Below are positions 18,880 to 32,334 of a stretch of DNA of 64,000 bases, piece after piece. How positions within the stretch are numbered: the stretch's first letter is position 1; the number at the start of each line of letters is the position of its first letter. A program made the position numbers and the translations under genes. The notes under the pieces are model-generated. The model was not told the DNA's origin and did not search any database. It saw only the letters and a list, made by a program, of their open reading frames with translations. Source of the DNA: Candidatus Moraniibacteriota bacterium (GTDB lineage Bacteria; Patescibacteriota; Minisyncoccia; Moranbacterales; UBA1568); contig CAVZUR010000005.1 in NCBI GenBank assembly GCA_963778555.1, positions 33,756 through 97,755 of the forward strand. The letters run 5' to 3'.

Positions 18880-19551
18880 ATGCAGCCCGGTATCCTTTAT
18901 GTCGTCGGGACGCCGATTGGGAACCTCGGCGATATCACCTTGCGAGCATTAGAAACTTTGAAGTCCGTTGATTTCATCTTGGCCGAAGATACACGCGTGA
19001 CGAAAAAACTTCTCATGAAGTACGCAATCCCGACCTCGGTCTTTTCGGCGCATGAGCATACGGAACAGAAAAAGCTCGAGTCATTTCTCGTCCGGTTGGT
19101 GGCCGGTGAAAGCGTGGCGGTGGTGACAGACGCGGGGACGCCGGGCTTGTCTGATCCGGGCAATGTCCTCGTCTCGCTCGCCCTCGCGCGTGGTATTGCG
19201 GTCGTGCCCATTCCGGGCGTGTCCGCCCTCGCTGCGCTCGTCTCGGTGGCTGGTGTCGATATGCGGGAATTCACCTTTCTCGGCTTCCCGCCGCACAAGA
19301 AAGGTCGCGAGACATACTTCAAGCGTGTTGCGGCAAGCGAGCTACCAGTTGTGTACTATGAATCACCGCATCGTGTGGTGAAGAACTTGGAATTGCTCCT
19401 GTCCTTCGCTCCGGAGAAACAGGTGATTGTCGGTCGGGAATTGACGAAGCTGTTTGAGGAAGTCGTCCGTGGCGATATCGCGATGGTTCTCGGTCGAATG
19501 AAGGCAGATGCCAATAAACTCAAGGGGGAGTTCTCGATTATCGCACACTAG
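18880..19551 (+). CDS. rsmI: 16S rRNA (cytidine1402-2'-O)-methyltransferase RsmI
   Basis: N-terminus LYVVGTPIGNLGDITLRALETL and tetrapyrrole-methylase fold motifs. Confidence 0.9.
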   Translation: MQPGILYVVGTPIGNLGDITLRALETLKSVDFILAEDTRVTKKLLMKYAIPTSVFSAHEHTEQKKLESFLVRLVAGESVAVVTDAGTPGLSDPGNVLVSLALARGIAVVPIPGVSALAALVSVAGVDMREFTFLGFPPHKKGRETYFKRVAASELPVVYYESPHRVVKNLELLLSFAPEKQVIVGRELTKLFEEVVRGDIAMVLGRMKADANKLKGEFSIIAH

Positions 19552-19557
19552 TCAGTT

Positions 19558-19914
19558 ATGGATCTGACCCATAAAAAATGCGTACCCTGCGAGGGCGGGG
19601 TGGACCCGATGGGTGCGGAAGAAGTCGAGCAGTATCTCCGTGTAGTGACCGGTTGGACGCTCGCCGAATTTCCCGAGATTCGAAAAAACTATCAATGCCA
19701 GGATTTCGCCCAGGCGCTCGAGTTCGTGAATGCAGTCGGGGCAATCGCTGAAGCGGAGGGGCATCACCCGGACATCTGCCTCCATGGTTGGAATCAGGTG
19801 GAGCTTCGGCTTTCAACCCACGCCATCCATGGGCTGCATCTGAATGACTTCGTCTTGGCATCCAAGGTTGACGCGCTGTGGAAGAAGGACTTTGCAAGCG
19901 CTGAAAGTAAATAA
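19558..19914 (+). CDS. phhB: 4a-hydroxytetrahydrobiopterin dehydratase (pterin-4a-carbinolamine dehydratase)
   Basis: EGHHPD active-site motif; 118 aa. Confidence 0.8.
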   Translation: MDLTHKKCVPCEGGVDPMGAEEVEQYLRVVTGWTLAEFPEIRKNYQCQDFAQALEFVNAVGAIAEAEGHHPDICLHGWNQVELRLSTHAIHGLHLNDFVLASKVDALWKKDFASAESK

Positions 19915-19991
19915 ACTCACCACCTGAAGTCTAAAAAGTTTTGAAGCCCGACATACAGTGTATGCGGGCTTCGGGTTGCGGGGAGACTCGG

Positions 19992-20276
19992 CTATTTGCC
20001 GAAAATCCAGTCTGCAAAGGCGGCGTTGGCGATGAGACAGCTATTGCTGTCGAGCGCGCACAGCGCCGATGCCATTAAGTACCCTACGGGGAGGCTGGCG
20101 ATGATGAGCGTCCAGAACATCCAACGCTCGCTTCTCGGCGAAAACTCGCCCTTGAGCCAGTCGATGAATATCGACAACTTCAGCGCGATGGTGAGCATCA
20201 CCATGTCGAATCGATCCATTCGGTCCACGTTCTCTCCTTGGTTGTGAAAGATTACTTCAATTGAAGTTGCCCACAT
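19992..20276 (-). CDS. small hydrophobic hypothetical protein
   Basis: ORF with two predicted TM segments; the ORF track starts at a TTG at 20303, an in-frame ATG lies at 20276; no clear RBS. Confidence 0.3.
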   Translation of the reverse strand: MWATSIEVIFHNQGENVDRMDRFDMVMLTIALKLSIFIDWLKGEFSPRSERWMFWTLIIASLPVGYLMASALCALDSNSCLIANAAFADWIFGK

Positions 20277-20338
20277 TATACATGATAAACTCAGAAAAGT
20301 CAAGGATGGAGAGTATTCATTTCTTGGCTTAGAAAAGG

Positions 20339-20374
20339 TATACCATCACACCAATACATTGGTGTGATGGTATA
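20339..20374. promoter_or_regulatory. perfect 17+17 bp inverted repeat (TATACCATCACACCAAT-AC-ATTGGTGTGATGGTATA), candidate operator
   Basis: Palindrome read directly from the sequence in the divergent intergenic region, 34 nt upstream of the metG start. Confidence 0.35.
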
Positions 20375-20407
20375 GTATGGAGGTATCACCTATTACATAA
20401 GAAGGCC

Positions 20408-22030
20408 ATGTCCAAGCCATTTTTCATCACGACTGCCATCGACTATGTGAACGCGGCTCCGCATGTGGGACATGCCGTGGAAAAAGTCCTGACCGATGTC
20501 GTTGCGCGCTATCATCGCTTGGCGGACGATGAAACCTATTTCCTCACTGGGTCGGACGAGAATAGTCTGAAAAATGTGCAGGCTGCGGAAAAGGCTGGCA
20601 AGCCAGTTGCGGAATTTGTTGCGGAGAATGCAGAGTCTTTCAAAAAACTGAAAGAGAGTCTGAATCTTAATTTCAATCAATTCATCCGCACGACGGAGCC
20701 GCGGCATTTCGAGGGGGCAAAAAAAATGTGGAATGCTTTCAAAAAGGAAGACCTCTACAAGAAGGCGTACCACGGACTCTACTGCGTCGGTTGCGAAGAG
20801 TTCAAGTCGGAAAAAGACTTGGCCGATGGCCTCTGTCCCGACCACAAGGTCGCACCGGAAGCTGTGGAGGAAGAGAACTGGTTCTTCAAACTTTCGACGT
20901 ATCAGGATCAGCTCTTAGAACTTGTTCTGAATGACAAGCTGAAGGTCTATCCCGACTATCGGAAGAATGAAGTTCTGTCATTCATTCGGATGGGGCTCGA
21001 GGATTTCTCTATCTCGCGCTCCGTGGCGCGGGCCAAAGGCTGGGGCGTGCCGGTGCCGGGAGACGAGAGTCAGATCATGTATGTCTGGGTGGACGCCTTG
21101 TCGAACTACATCACCGCGCTTGACTATGCGACGGACGGTGAGCAGTATCAAAAATACTGGAACCATGCCGACGGTGAGCGCGTGCACGTTATCGGCAAAG
21201 GTATCCTGCGCTTCCATGCAATCTATTGGCCAGCGATGCTCTTGTCGGCCGGACTCCCGCTCCCGACCACCATCTACGCGCACGAATACCTGACCATCAA
21301 CGGTCAAAAAATGTCGAAGTCTTTAGGCAATGTCATCTACCCGGAAGAGTTGGTGGCGAAATATGGCGTCGATGGGACGCGCTATCTGCTCCTGACGGCG
21401 TTGCCGTACAGTAAAGACGGTGACTTGTCCTGGGAGAAAATGACGGAGAAGTACAATGCCGACCTGGCGAATGGTCTCGGCAATCTCGTTTCGCGGGTAG
21501 TAAAATTAAGTGAAAAGTTAGAAAACGAAAAAGATAAAGAGGTATATGTTTCTAAGGGGCATGCATTAGAAAATCTTAATTCGTTCCTATTCAAGTTCGA
21601 TGTTTCCGGGGCCCTTGGTGCTATATGGGTCACGGTAAAACACCTTAATGAATACCTGGCTAAGGAAGAGCCATGGAAACTTGATAGCAGTTCAAAAAAG
21701 TTTACTAGTATTCTGAAAAGAATCGCGGAGGATACTTGCTCAGATAGCGTTAGAGATTCAGCCATTTCTTCCATCAACCTCCGAAAAGATCGAATCAGCA
21801 TTGAAGACGGGGAAAGTCGAACCGCTATTTCAGCGTATCAAGTAAAAAGAGAATCGGCGGCCGCGGTGACGGACGCCGATGAGTCGGGAAGGGGATCTTC
21901 ACCCGAGGATATACCTGGTGCCTCCGCCAGAGACGACCAGGACGAAAGCGATGGCGGCGAGTGTTCCTGCGATGAGGAAGAATCGGACCAGGTGAGGGAT
22001 GCAGTTTCATGTGTTACTCCAGTTTGGTGA
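20408..22030 (+). CDS. metG: methionyl-tRNA synthetase (monomeric core form) with unusual acidic Cys-containing C-terminal tail
   Basis: HIGH motif (APHVGHAV), CxxC...CPDH zinc knuckle, KMSKS (QKMSKSLGNV); 540 aa. Confidence 0.9.
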   Translation: MSKPFFITTAIDYVNAAPHVGHAVEKVLTDVVARYHRLADDETYFLTGSDENSLKNVQAAEKAGKPVAEFVAENAESFKKLKESLNLNFNQFIRTTEPRHFEGAKKMWNAFKKEDLYKKAYHGLYCVGCEEFKSEKDLADGLCPDHKVAPEAVEEENWFFKLSTYQDQLLELVLNDKLKVYPDYRKNEVLSFIRMGLEDFSISRSVARAKGWGVPVPGDESQIMYVWVDALSNYITALDYATDGEQYQKYWNHADGERVHVIGKGILRFHAIYWPAMLLSAGLPLPTTIYAHEYLTINGQKMSKSLGNVIYPEELVAKYGVDGTRYLLLTALPYSKDGDLSWEKMTEKYNADLANGLGNLVSRVVKLSEKLENEKDKEVYVSKGHALENLNSFLFKFDVSGALGAIWVTVKHLNEYLAKEEPWKLDSSSKKFTSILKRIAEDTCSDSVRDSAISSINLRKDRISIEDGESRTAISAYQVKRESAAAVTDADESGRGSSPEDIPGASARDDQDESDGGECSCDEEESDQVRDAVSCVTPVW

Positions 22031-22037
22031 CCGTGGT

Positions 22038-22184
22038 CTATCCGCGCAGCCGCTCGATTGAAAGCAGCAGCTCCTCGACGAACTCCGGGTCGGTAAACGT
22101 CCAGATGAAATTGACGATGACGCCGATGAGGAGTAACAGTAAAAGAGCGGCGAACCATCGCTCGGAACGATTCCCACGTTTCAT
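22038..22184 (-). CDS. small single-TM protein (48 aa)
   Basis: MKRGNRSERWFAALLLLLLIGVIVNFIW... with GGAG RBS; convergent with metG. Confidence 0.4.
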   Translation of the reverse strand: MKRGNRSERWFAALLLLLLIGVIVNFIWTFTDPEFVEELLLSIERLRG

Positions 22185-22250
22185 GAGACACTCCAGTTGG
22201 TAAAGATGCGGCCAACATAGCAGGGATAGAAAATAACAGCAAGTACTATC

Positions 22251-23111
22251 ATGTACGACATTCACACTCACCTCTACTGGGACTCCTATGACGCGGACCG
22301 AGACGCGGTGATCGCGCGCGCCCAGGCGGCGGGGATAGAAAGGATGTTTGCCATTGGCTGCACGGTAGAGGAAAGTCGGCAATGTGTGGCACTCGCTGAA
22401 CAGTACCCCGAGATCTCTGCCTCGGTCGGCATTCATCCACATGAATTTCGAACCGAGACCGATGTAAAGAATCTCGGGGCGGATATCGAAGCGCTTCGTG
22501 CTTTGGCTCAATCATCAATGAAAGTCGTCGCCATCGGAGAGTGTGGGCTCGACTATTATGTGCGCCCAGCCGTGATCGATGCACAGCAACAGTACGTTGG
22601 ACGGCAAGTAACCGAAATTTCCGAAGGGGCGAAAATGGTTCAGCGGCAGGGGTTTCTGGCTCAGATCGAATTGGCGAGCCGCGTGCATCTGCCACTAATC
22701 GTCCATTGTCGAGATGCGTATGAAGATATGCTGCCGATTCTTGGGGCCGAGGCTAAGGATTTGGGAGCTGTCATCCTCCATTGCTATATGGGTAATACCG
22801 AAGTGACGAAGCGTTTTTTGGAGCTTTCCAACGTATACTTTTCCTTCACGGGCAATATCACGTATCCCGTGAAGAAAGCGCTGGTGGGGACGAAGGATGA
22901 CCTGCAGGAGACGGTGCGAATGGTGCCCTTGGAGCGCCTGTTCGTCGAAACAGACTGTCCGTTTCTCACGCCCCAGGCGAAGCGTGGGGAACGCAATGAA
23001 CCAGCGAATGTGACGCATATCGCTGACCAAGTAGCGCTCCTAAAAGACATTACCCGGGATGTCCTTGATCAATACATCGACGAAAATTTCCGGCACGTTT
23101 TCTTGCGGTGA
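22251..23111 (+). CDS. tatD: TatD family metal-dependent DNase/hydrolase
   Basis: N-terminal IHTHLYWDSY (TatD HxH) and downstream conserved His/Glu/Asp ligands; 286 aa. Confidence 0.9.
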   Translation: MYDIHTHLYWDSYDADRDAVIARAQAAGIERMFAIGCTVEESRQCVALAEQYPEISASVGIHPHEFRTETDVKNLGADIEALRALAQSSMKVVAIGECGLDYYVRPAVIDAQQQYVGRQVTEISEGAKMVQRQGFLAQIELASRVHLPLIVHCRDAYEDMLPILGAEAKDLGAVILHCYMGNTEVTKRFLELSNVYFSFTGNITYPVKKALVGTKDDLQETVRMVPLERLFVETDCPFLTPQAKRGERNEPANVTHIADQVALLKDITRDVLDQYIDENFRHVFLR

Positions 23112-23186
23112 ACGCATCGGAGAGCCGTGATGAATGTGGGAGGATATTGTATACTTGGGGCGATAACGTCTTATCGTTCGTAGATA

Positions 23187-23498
23187 ATGCCTGAACAACT
23201 CGGGAGAGTCGAAGTGCCGAAGGGCGGTTGGGTCAAGAAACAGCCAGCCAGTGCTTTTAATTTTGATGTGGCTCTTGCCCGCGCTCGGGTTTTGTCTGAA
23301 CAAAAAAGAATTATCAGCGATTTGCAGCAGCAGATTCAAGACGTTCAAGCACAAATCGAGATCGAGAAAGCAGACGGAATCGGTCCGAGCGAAGCGTTGA
23401 GAATGGAGCTCCAGCGTTGCCAAGACGGCATAGCGATAGCCGAACAGCGTCTGGTAGCGGAGTTTCCGCAACCAAAAAATCCGAAACAACCACACTAG
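23187..23498 (+). CDS. hypothetical coiled-coil protein (103 aa)
   Basis: ORF with heptad-like Q/E/L-rich sequence; no family recognised. Confidence 0.4.
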   Translation: MPEQLGRVEVPKGGWVKKQPASAFNFDVALARARVLSEQKRIISDLQQQIQDVQAQIEIEKADGIGPSEALRMELQRCQDGIAIAEQRLVAEFPQPKNPKQPH

Positions 23499-23595
23499 AT
23501 GCACCGCCGTTAAAAAAAACTGTCAAGCATACTCAGAACGATTTCAAGCCGGTCCGAGAATAAGGTATAATGAGCAAGAAAGTAAGTATACCCCG

Positions 23596-24783
23596 ATGTC
23601 ATTTTTTGAATCTCTTCTCGGGAAACCGAGGGTTGTTCCGAAGTCTGAGATAACCTATCCGAAAAAGCCAGCCGAGGGCGCATTTGATGCAGCCAAAGCA
23701 GTCAATGTGGGCATTGCACGCGTAGAGGCGGCCCAGGCGACAAAGTCTGCGATTGCGAAAGCGCAAGTGGGAGGACTGGAGACGCTGCGGACCAATGCGA
23801 AGACTCTGGAGGATGCACTCGAGAATCCGCCCTCATTTGAAGCGCCGACAATGGCTGAGCCGGTGGCCCGAGTGCACGATGGACCCATGATACCTGATAC
23901 TGCTGCTGCCCATCTCCGCAAACGGAAAGAGGAGGTCTACCAGCTGAAGGGGGAGCCGCTGAAGGATGCTGATTTGTCCCCGTTGGAGACCGGGGATGGC
24001 AGAAATCCGTATGGGGTCCATACCGGCCAAGGTGTGGAGAAGATTGGAAGTGCCGAGGTTCTGGCGAATCTAAAGAATGCGAAACAACTTCTTGGTGAAC
24101 CAATGGCGCTGGAGCGGGAGCCAGTGGATCCTGTCAGAAAAGCCAGATCTGAAGCGTTCCGGAAAGACCCGATACCGACAACTCCGCTCGGCACACGAGA
24201 AGATCTTGCAGGAGCGGGGGGATTAGTCGAAGGAGTAGAGGACGATTGGAAAGCGGCTCAACGCGCAGCCAGAGTCGACAATCCTGAGGGGTTGAAGAGC
24301 CTGCGTACCCTCGCGACAGACCGTTCGCGGCCGAAAGATATCCTGCACGTCGAGGATGTGAAAAGCGGCCTCGTTAATCAAGGATCGGAGTCTCTGACCT
24401 ACCCTTTAGAACACTCATCGAATGCAACAGCGCGACTCGCTGCTTACCCCAAAGGAATTGGGTTCGGCGCTGAGAGAACACAGTCGTCGAAACCAAAAAA
24501 AATAAATAGTGTCGAAGATCTACGAGGAGGATTAGTGGAGCGCGAAACCGAGCTTGAAAATTCCAGCCAAGCGAAAAAGCGACTGAGCCGGAAGAGCGAT
24601 CGAGGTCCGGTGTCAGAGAGCGACACATACTGGGAATCGTTGCAGCAGAAAAGCCAGAATAAGCTACGCGAACTGGAAACGATGATCAAGCTTGCTGCGA
24701 CTCCTGAGGAAGTCAGTCTGATGCAAGAGCTCTTAGAGCGGGCCCGTGCCAAGCACCAGGAGAGTTTTGGCGATGAAGCCTAG
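23596..24783 (+). CDS. hypothetical low-complexity K/E/A/P-rich protein (395 aa)
   Basis: Long ORF in a consistent coding frame; no family recognised. Confidence 0.45.
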   Translation: MSFFESLLGKPRVVPKSEITYPKKPAEGAFDAAKAVNVGIARVEAAQATKSAIAKAQVGGLETLRTNAKTLEDALENPPSFEAPTMAEPVARVHDGPMIPDTAAAHLRKRKEEVYQLKGEPLKDADLSPLETGDGRNPYGVHTGQGVEKIGSAEVLANLKNAKQLLGEPMALEREPVDPVRKARSEAFRKDPIPTTPLGTREDLAGAGGLVEGVEDDWKAAQRAARVDNPEGLKSLRTLATDRSRPKDILHVEDVKSGLVNQGSESLTYPLEHSSNATARLAAYPKGIGFGAERTQSSKPKKINSVEDLRGGLVERETELENSSQAKKRLSRKSDRGPVSESDTYWESLQQKSQNKLRELETMIKLAATPEEVSLMQELLERARAKHQESFGDEA

Positions 24784-24844
24784 TTTTCACCCTGTCCAGG
24801 CCGGTATATAATCGGAATGCATGTTAAGTCGTAACTGAATCGCT

Positions 24845-25276
24845 ATGTCGTGGGAACAGAGAAAAAACGATTTGATCGGGGGAGAGAAAAAAGGGAAAGA
24901 TATTGCTGGTCAGCAAATGTGGAATGAAGGATTCTCGAAACAGAGTCCGGATAATGCTGCTCGAGGGAAAGCCGCAGAGGGGAGTTTCGTGGAGACCGCC
25001 ACGGCGGAGCAGCAGGCAAAAAAGATAGAAGTCATGCAGGCTCAGATCGCCGAGAATCATAAAATGACGGAGGCATTGGATGCTAGTATCGCCGAAGTGA
25101 ACGCTCAACTACAGAAGGGGGAAGAGGCTGCCTCAAAGAACCCGAGTGTTGCGGCGATCAATCAAATGCTCGCGGCGGAGGCGCTCAAGAAAAAAGAAGG
25201 ACTTTTGGTTCAAAAGAACACCCTGGCTGAGCAGAGTAAAGACTTGGAGGGACAGATAATCTCGATGGCGCACTAA
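24845..25276 (+). CDS. hypothetical coiled-coil protein (143 aa)
   Basis: A/E/K/Q-rich heptad-like sequence. Confidence 0.4.
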   Translation: MSWEQRKNDLIGGEKKGKDIAGQQMWNEGFSKQSPDNAARGKAAEGSFVETATAEQQAKKIEVMQAQIAENHKMTEALDASIAEVNAQLQKGEEAASKNPSVAAINQMLAAEALKKKEGLLVQKNTLAEQSKDLEGQIISMAH

Positions 25277-25288
25277 TCCGCACAGAGT

Positions 25289-25765
25289 ATGAATGAATCT
25301 GGTTTCATAGCGCCGAGTGGGGAGAAGTCCAAACCACCGCTCAACATGCGGCCGATGGAGGGTGTGGAGGCTTTGGAGCTGGAGCCGCTCGAAGGGGAAA
25401 AGGCTTTTGCGAAAGTCGAGAAGGCTTCAGCGAAGCCGAATTTCGGCGAGGGGCCTGAAGCCATGAAGACGGCGGACGAGATTCTCAAGGCGCAGGAGAT
25501 GCTGGCAACCTTCGAGAGTCAACTAGCCGCCGCAGAAGCGGAATTAGCCCTCGTTCATAAAGAAGAAGGTGAATTGTTTGCGCTACTTAAGGAAGCGACG
25601 ACTCCGGAAGACGCGAAGGTAGAGACATTGACAAAGTTGCTCGATGTGCAGAAACGTCTGGAAGAGTCGGGGCAGATCGCAGATTCCAAAAGGAAATTGG
25701 TAGCCACCTCCAAAGAGGCTTTTCAGAAAAAATTCGGACCGCGCAACACAGATACCCTTCATTAA
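25289..25765 (+). CDS. hypothetical coiled-coil protein (158 aa)
   Basis: A/E/L/K-rich heptad-like sequence. Confidence 0.4.
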   Translation: MNESGFIAPSGEKSKPPLNMRPMEGVEALELEPLEGEKAFAKVEKASAKPNFGEGPEAMKTADEILKAQEMLATFESQLAAAEAELALVHKEEGELFALLKEATTPEDAKVETLTKLLDVQKRLEESGQIADSKRKLVATSKEAFQKKFGPRNTDTLH

Positions 25766-25825
25766 GGGTTTCTATATTTCCGTTTGACCTTTCGTGTTTT
25801 CACCAGTACACTGGAAGCGCTTAAA

Positions 25826-25847
25826 AAGAAGGCCGGCCCTTCTTTTT
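25826..25847 (+). terminator. rho-independent terminator overlapping an extended -10 (TGTATAAT)
   Basis: AAGAAGG-CCGGC-CCTTCTT then TTT, followed immediately by the TGTATAAT extended -10 (TATAAT at 25849-25854). Confidence 0.5.
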
Positions 25848-26622
25848 GTATAATCATTCTGCCACTCCGTTGGAAATCTCCATAGCCGCAGAAAAATTGT
25901 TCAGTCTCGGGAATTTTCCAGTGACCAATGCCTTTTTGATTGGCGTCCTGGTGAGTTTGGGTTTGGTCGTCGTGACCCAGCTCGCGCTCCGCCGCCGTTC
26001 GCTCGTGCCGCGGGGTCTCCAGAATGTCTTCGAGCTCATCGTCGAGGGGCTGCTCGCGTTCATCGAGAGTGTGACGGGAGATAAGGCTCAAGCCAAGAAA
26101 TTCTTCCCGCTTATTGCGACGATATTCCTGTTCGTCCTGTTTTCCAATTGGGTGGGGCTGCTCCCGGGCGCGGGCACCGTCGGTCTGGCGCATACGCAGA
26201 ATGGGCACGCGACTATCATTCCGTTTTTGCGGAGCACATCGGCGGACCTGAACTTCACGCTCGCTCTTTCGCTCATGGTGGTTGTCACGGTCCAATTCAC
26301 TGGCATTGCAACGCTTGGTCTCTTTAAATACGGCCAGAAATTCTTTGTCAGTCCGTTCCGGAAGCCGTATGGCATCGGCATGGTGGTCGGTCTGCTCGAG
26401 CTCGTGAGCGAATTCGCTAAATTCCTCTCCTTTTCTTTTCGTCTCTTCGGCAATGTGTTCGCGGGAGAAGTGCTTCTGACAGTTATGCTCCACCTCGTGC
26501 CGTATTTCATCCCGCTGCCGTTCCTTTTCCTCGAAATCTTCGTCGGATTCATTCAGGCGGCAGTCTTCGCTATGCTAACCTTGGTTTTTCTCAAGATGGC
26601 GATGCTGCCGGCGGAGCATTGA
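25846..26622 (+). CDS. atpB: F0F1 ATP synthase subunit a
   Basis: Motif FRLFGNVFAGE with the essential Arg; multiple TM helices. The ORF-track TTG start at 25846 lies inside the terminator/-10, so the true start is probably downstream (GTG near 25921). Confidence 0.85.
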   Translation: MYNHSATPLEISIAAEKLFSLGNFPVTNAFLIGVLVSLGLVVVTQLALRRRSLVPRGLQNVFELIVEGLLAFIESVTGDKAQAKKFFPLIATIFLFVLFSNWVGLLPGAGTVGLAHTQNGHATIIPFLRSTSADLNFTLALSLMVVVTVQFTGIATLGLFKYGQKFFVSPFRKPYGIGMVVGLLELVSEFAKFLSFSFRLFGNVFAGEVLLTVMLHLVPYFIPLPFLFLEIFVGFIQAAVFAMLTLVFLKMAMLPAEH

Positions 26623-26949
<327 letters not shown>

Positions 26950-26977
26950 CTCAAACGTGCCGTAATCAAAGACTCGC

Positions 26978-27472
26978 ATGGAAGCGTTGGCGAATTTGGG
27001 TGTCGATTGGAAGCTCTTTCTCGCTCAAGCGGTGAATTTTCTCATCCTACTTTTTGTGCTGCGCCGGTTCGCGTATCGGCCGATGCTGAAATTCCTCGAG
27101 GAGCGTACGGCGCGTATCGATCAGGGGCTGAAGGATGCTGAATCGGCCCATGCCAAACTGAAGTCCGTTTCCGAGGAGGAAAAGAAGATCATGGTGGCAG
27201 CCCGAGAAGAGGCGCGCGATATCTTGCTCCAGGCGGAGGGTGCGGCCAAAAAGCGCGATGCATTGATGCTTCAGGAGACCAAGGGTAAGATCGATAAGAT
27301 GATTGCGGATGCGGACGCGCATCTGGCTGATGAAAAGGAGCGTTTGGTCCGCGAGGCGAAGGCTGAACTCTCCAGTCTGGTTGTCACTGCCACTGAGCGC
27401 GTACTTGGCAAGACTGTCGATGCCAAGATCGATACCCAGTTGGTCGAGGCGGCGCTCAGTAAAGGCAAGTAA
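26978..27472 (+). CDS. atpF: F0F1 ATP synthase subunit b
   Basis: N-terminal TM helix then long charged helix; sits at the canonical position in the operon. Confidence 0.85.
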   Translation: MEALANLGVDWKLFLAQAVNFLILLFVLRRFAYRPMLKFLEERTARIDQGLKDAESAHAKLKSVSEEEKKIMVAAREEARDILLQAEGAAKKRDALMLQETKGKIDKMIADADAHLADEKERLVREAKAELSSLVVTATERVLGKTVDAKIDTQLVEAALSKGK

Positions 27473-27476
27473 CGGT

Positions 27477-27871
27477 ATGCGAATCGCGGAAGCGCAACTC
27501 GTGAAAGCAGTTGATGAGCTCCAGCGGGAGGGGCAGCTTGTCGGGACCGAACTTGCCGCGGCCTTTGCGAAATTTCTCCGTCGCAAGCGGCTTTCCCGAC
27601 GCGTGGGGAAGATCGGCCGAGCACTCGATACGTATGCTGAACAGTCATCGGGTGTACTCTCCGTCACCGCGACCAGCGCGCGTGCGCTCTCGGTCAGTGA
27701 GCGGCAGCGAGTCGAGGAAGCGGCCGCGCAGCTCCTGGGGCAGCCGGAGCACGGGGTCGCGATCGAGTTCCGCGAAGAGACAGATCTCATCGGCGGCCTC
27801 CGGCTTGAAACGACAAACACTCGCCTGGATGGGACGGTTGCCCGTGCACTCAAAGAACTCCGTAAATCATT

Positions 27872-27875
<4 letters not shown>
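27477..27875 (+). CDS. atpH: F0F1 ATP synthase subunit delta (short, 132 aa)
   Basis: Position between atpF and atpA; an OSCP-like helical sequence; overlaps the atpA start. Confidence 0.7.
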
Positions 27876-29392
<1,517 letters not shown>

Positions 29393-29398
29393 ACTGCT

Positions 29399-31706
<2,308 letters not shown>

Positions 31707-31708
31707 GC

Positions 31709-32155
31709 ATGCCCACACTCACGTTTAAACTGGTGACGCCCGAGCGCGCGGTCGTAGAGATCGAAGCGGCAGGGGTGACTGTTCCTATCGCGGACGGCGA
31801 TGTAACGATACTGCCGGAGCATGTGCCGTATATCGGCGCGCTCAAATCAGGTGAAATCGTCGTGCATCATACGGATGGCTCGACGGAAAGTCTGGCGGTC
31901 TCTGGCGGGTTTGTGGAATTCGATTCGAACACCCTCTCCGTATTGGCGGATACAGCAGAGCGGGCGGCTGATATCGATATGGAACGCGCCGAGGCTGCGC
32001 GAGTTCGCGCTGAAGCGCTGCGAAATGAGCGGGTCTCGATGGGTGAGGAGGAATATGCGCGGGTCGCAGCCGCACTGGAAAAGGAAATGGCGCGTATCAA
32101 AGTCGCGCGTAAACATCGTGGCCGGGCTGGGCCGAATGTGCTTTCGCGCGAATAG
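31709..32155 (+). CDS. atpC: F0F1 ATP synthase subunit epsilon
   Basis: N-terminal beta-sandwich sequence (LTFKLVTPERAVVEIEA) plus a C-terminal helical hairpin. Confidence 0.85.
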   Translation: MPTLTFKLVTPERAVVEIEAAGVTVPIADGDVTILPEHVPYIGALKSGEIVVHHTDGSTESLAVSGGFVEFDSNTLSVLADTAERAADIDMERAEAARVRAEALRNERVSMGEEEYARVAAALEKEMARIKVARKHRGRAGPNVLSRE

Positions 32156-32334
32156 TGTGTGCCGTCACAGGTCCGAGAGAGCTTACAGCAGGTGGGGATA
32201 TTATTGTAAAGGGAGTGATGTGGTTTTTCCGCTCGGGCTAAAAAATACTTGTAACGGTACTAGCACATTCTTACGTGTGGGAGTAAACTCAAAGAGGTAC
32301 CTCTATTGATTTATTGTAATAAGCAAAAAAATAT

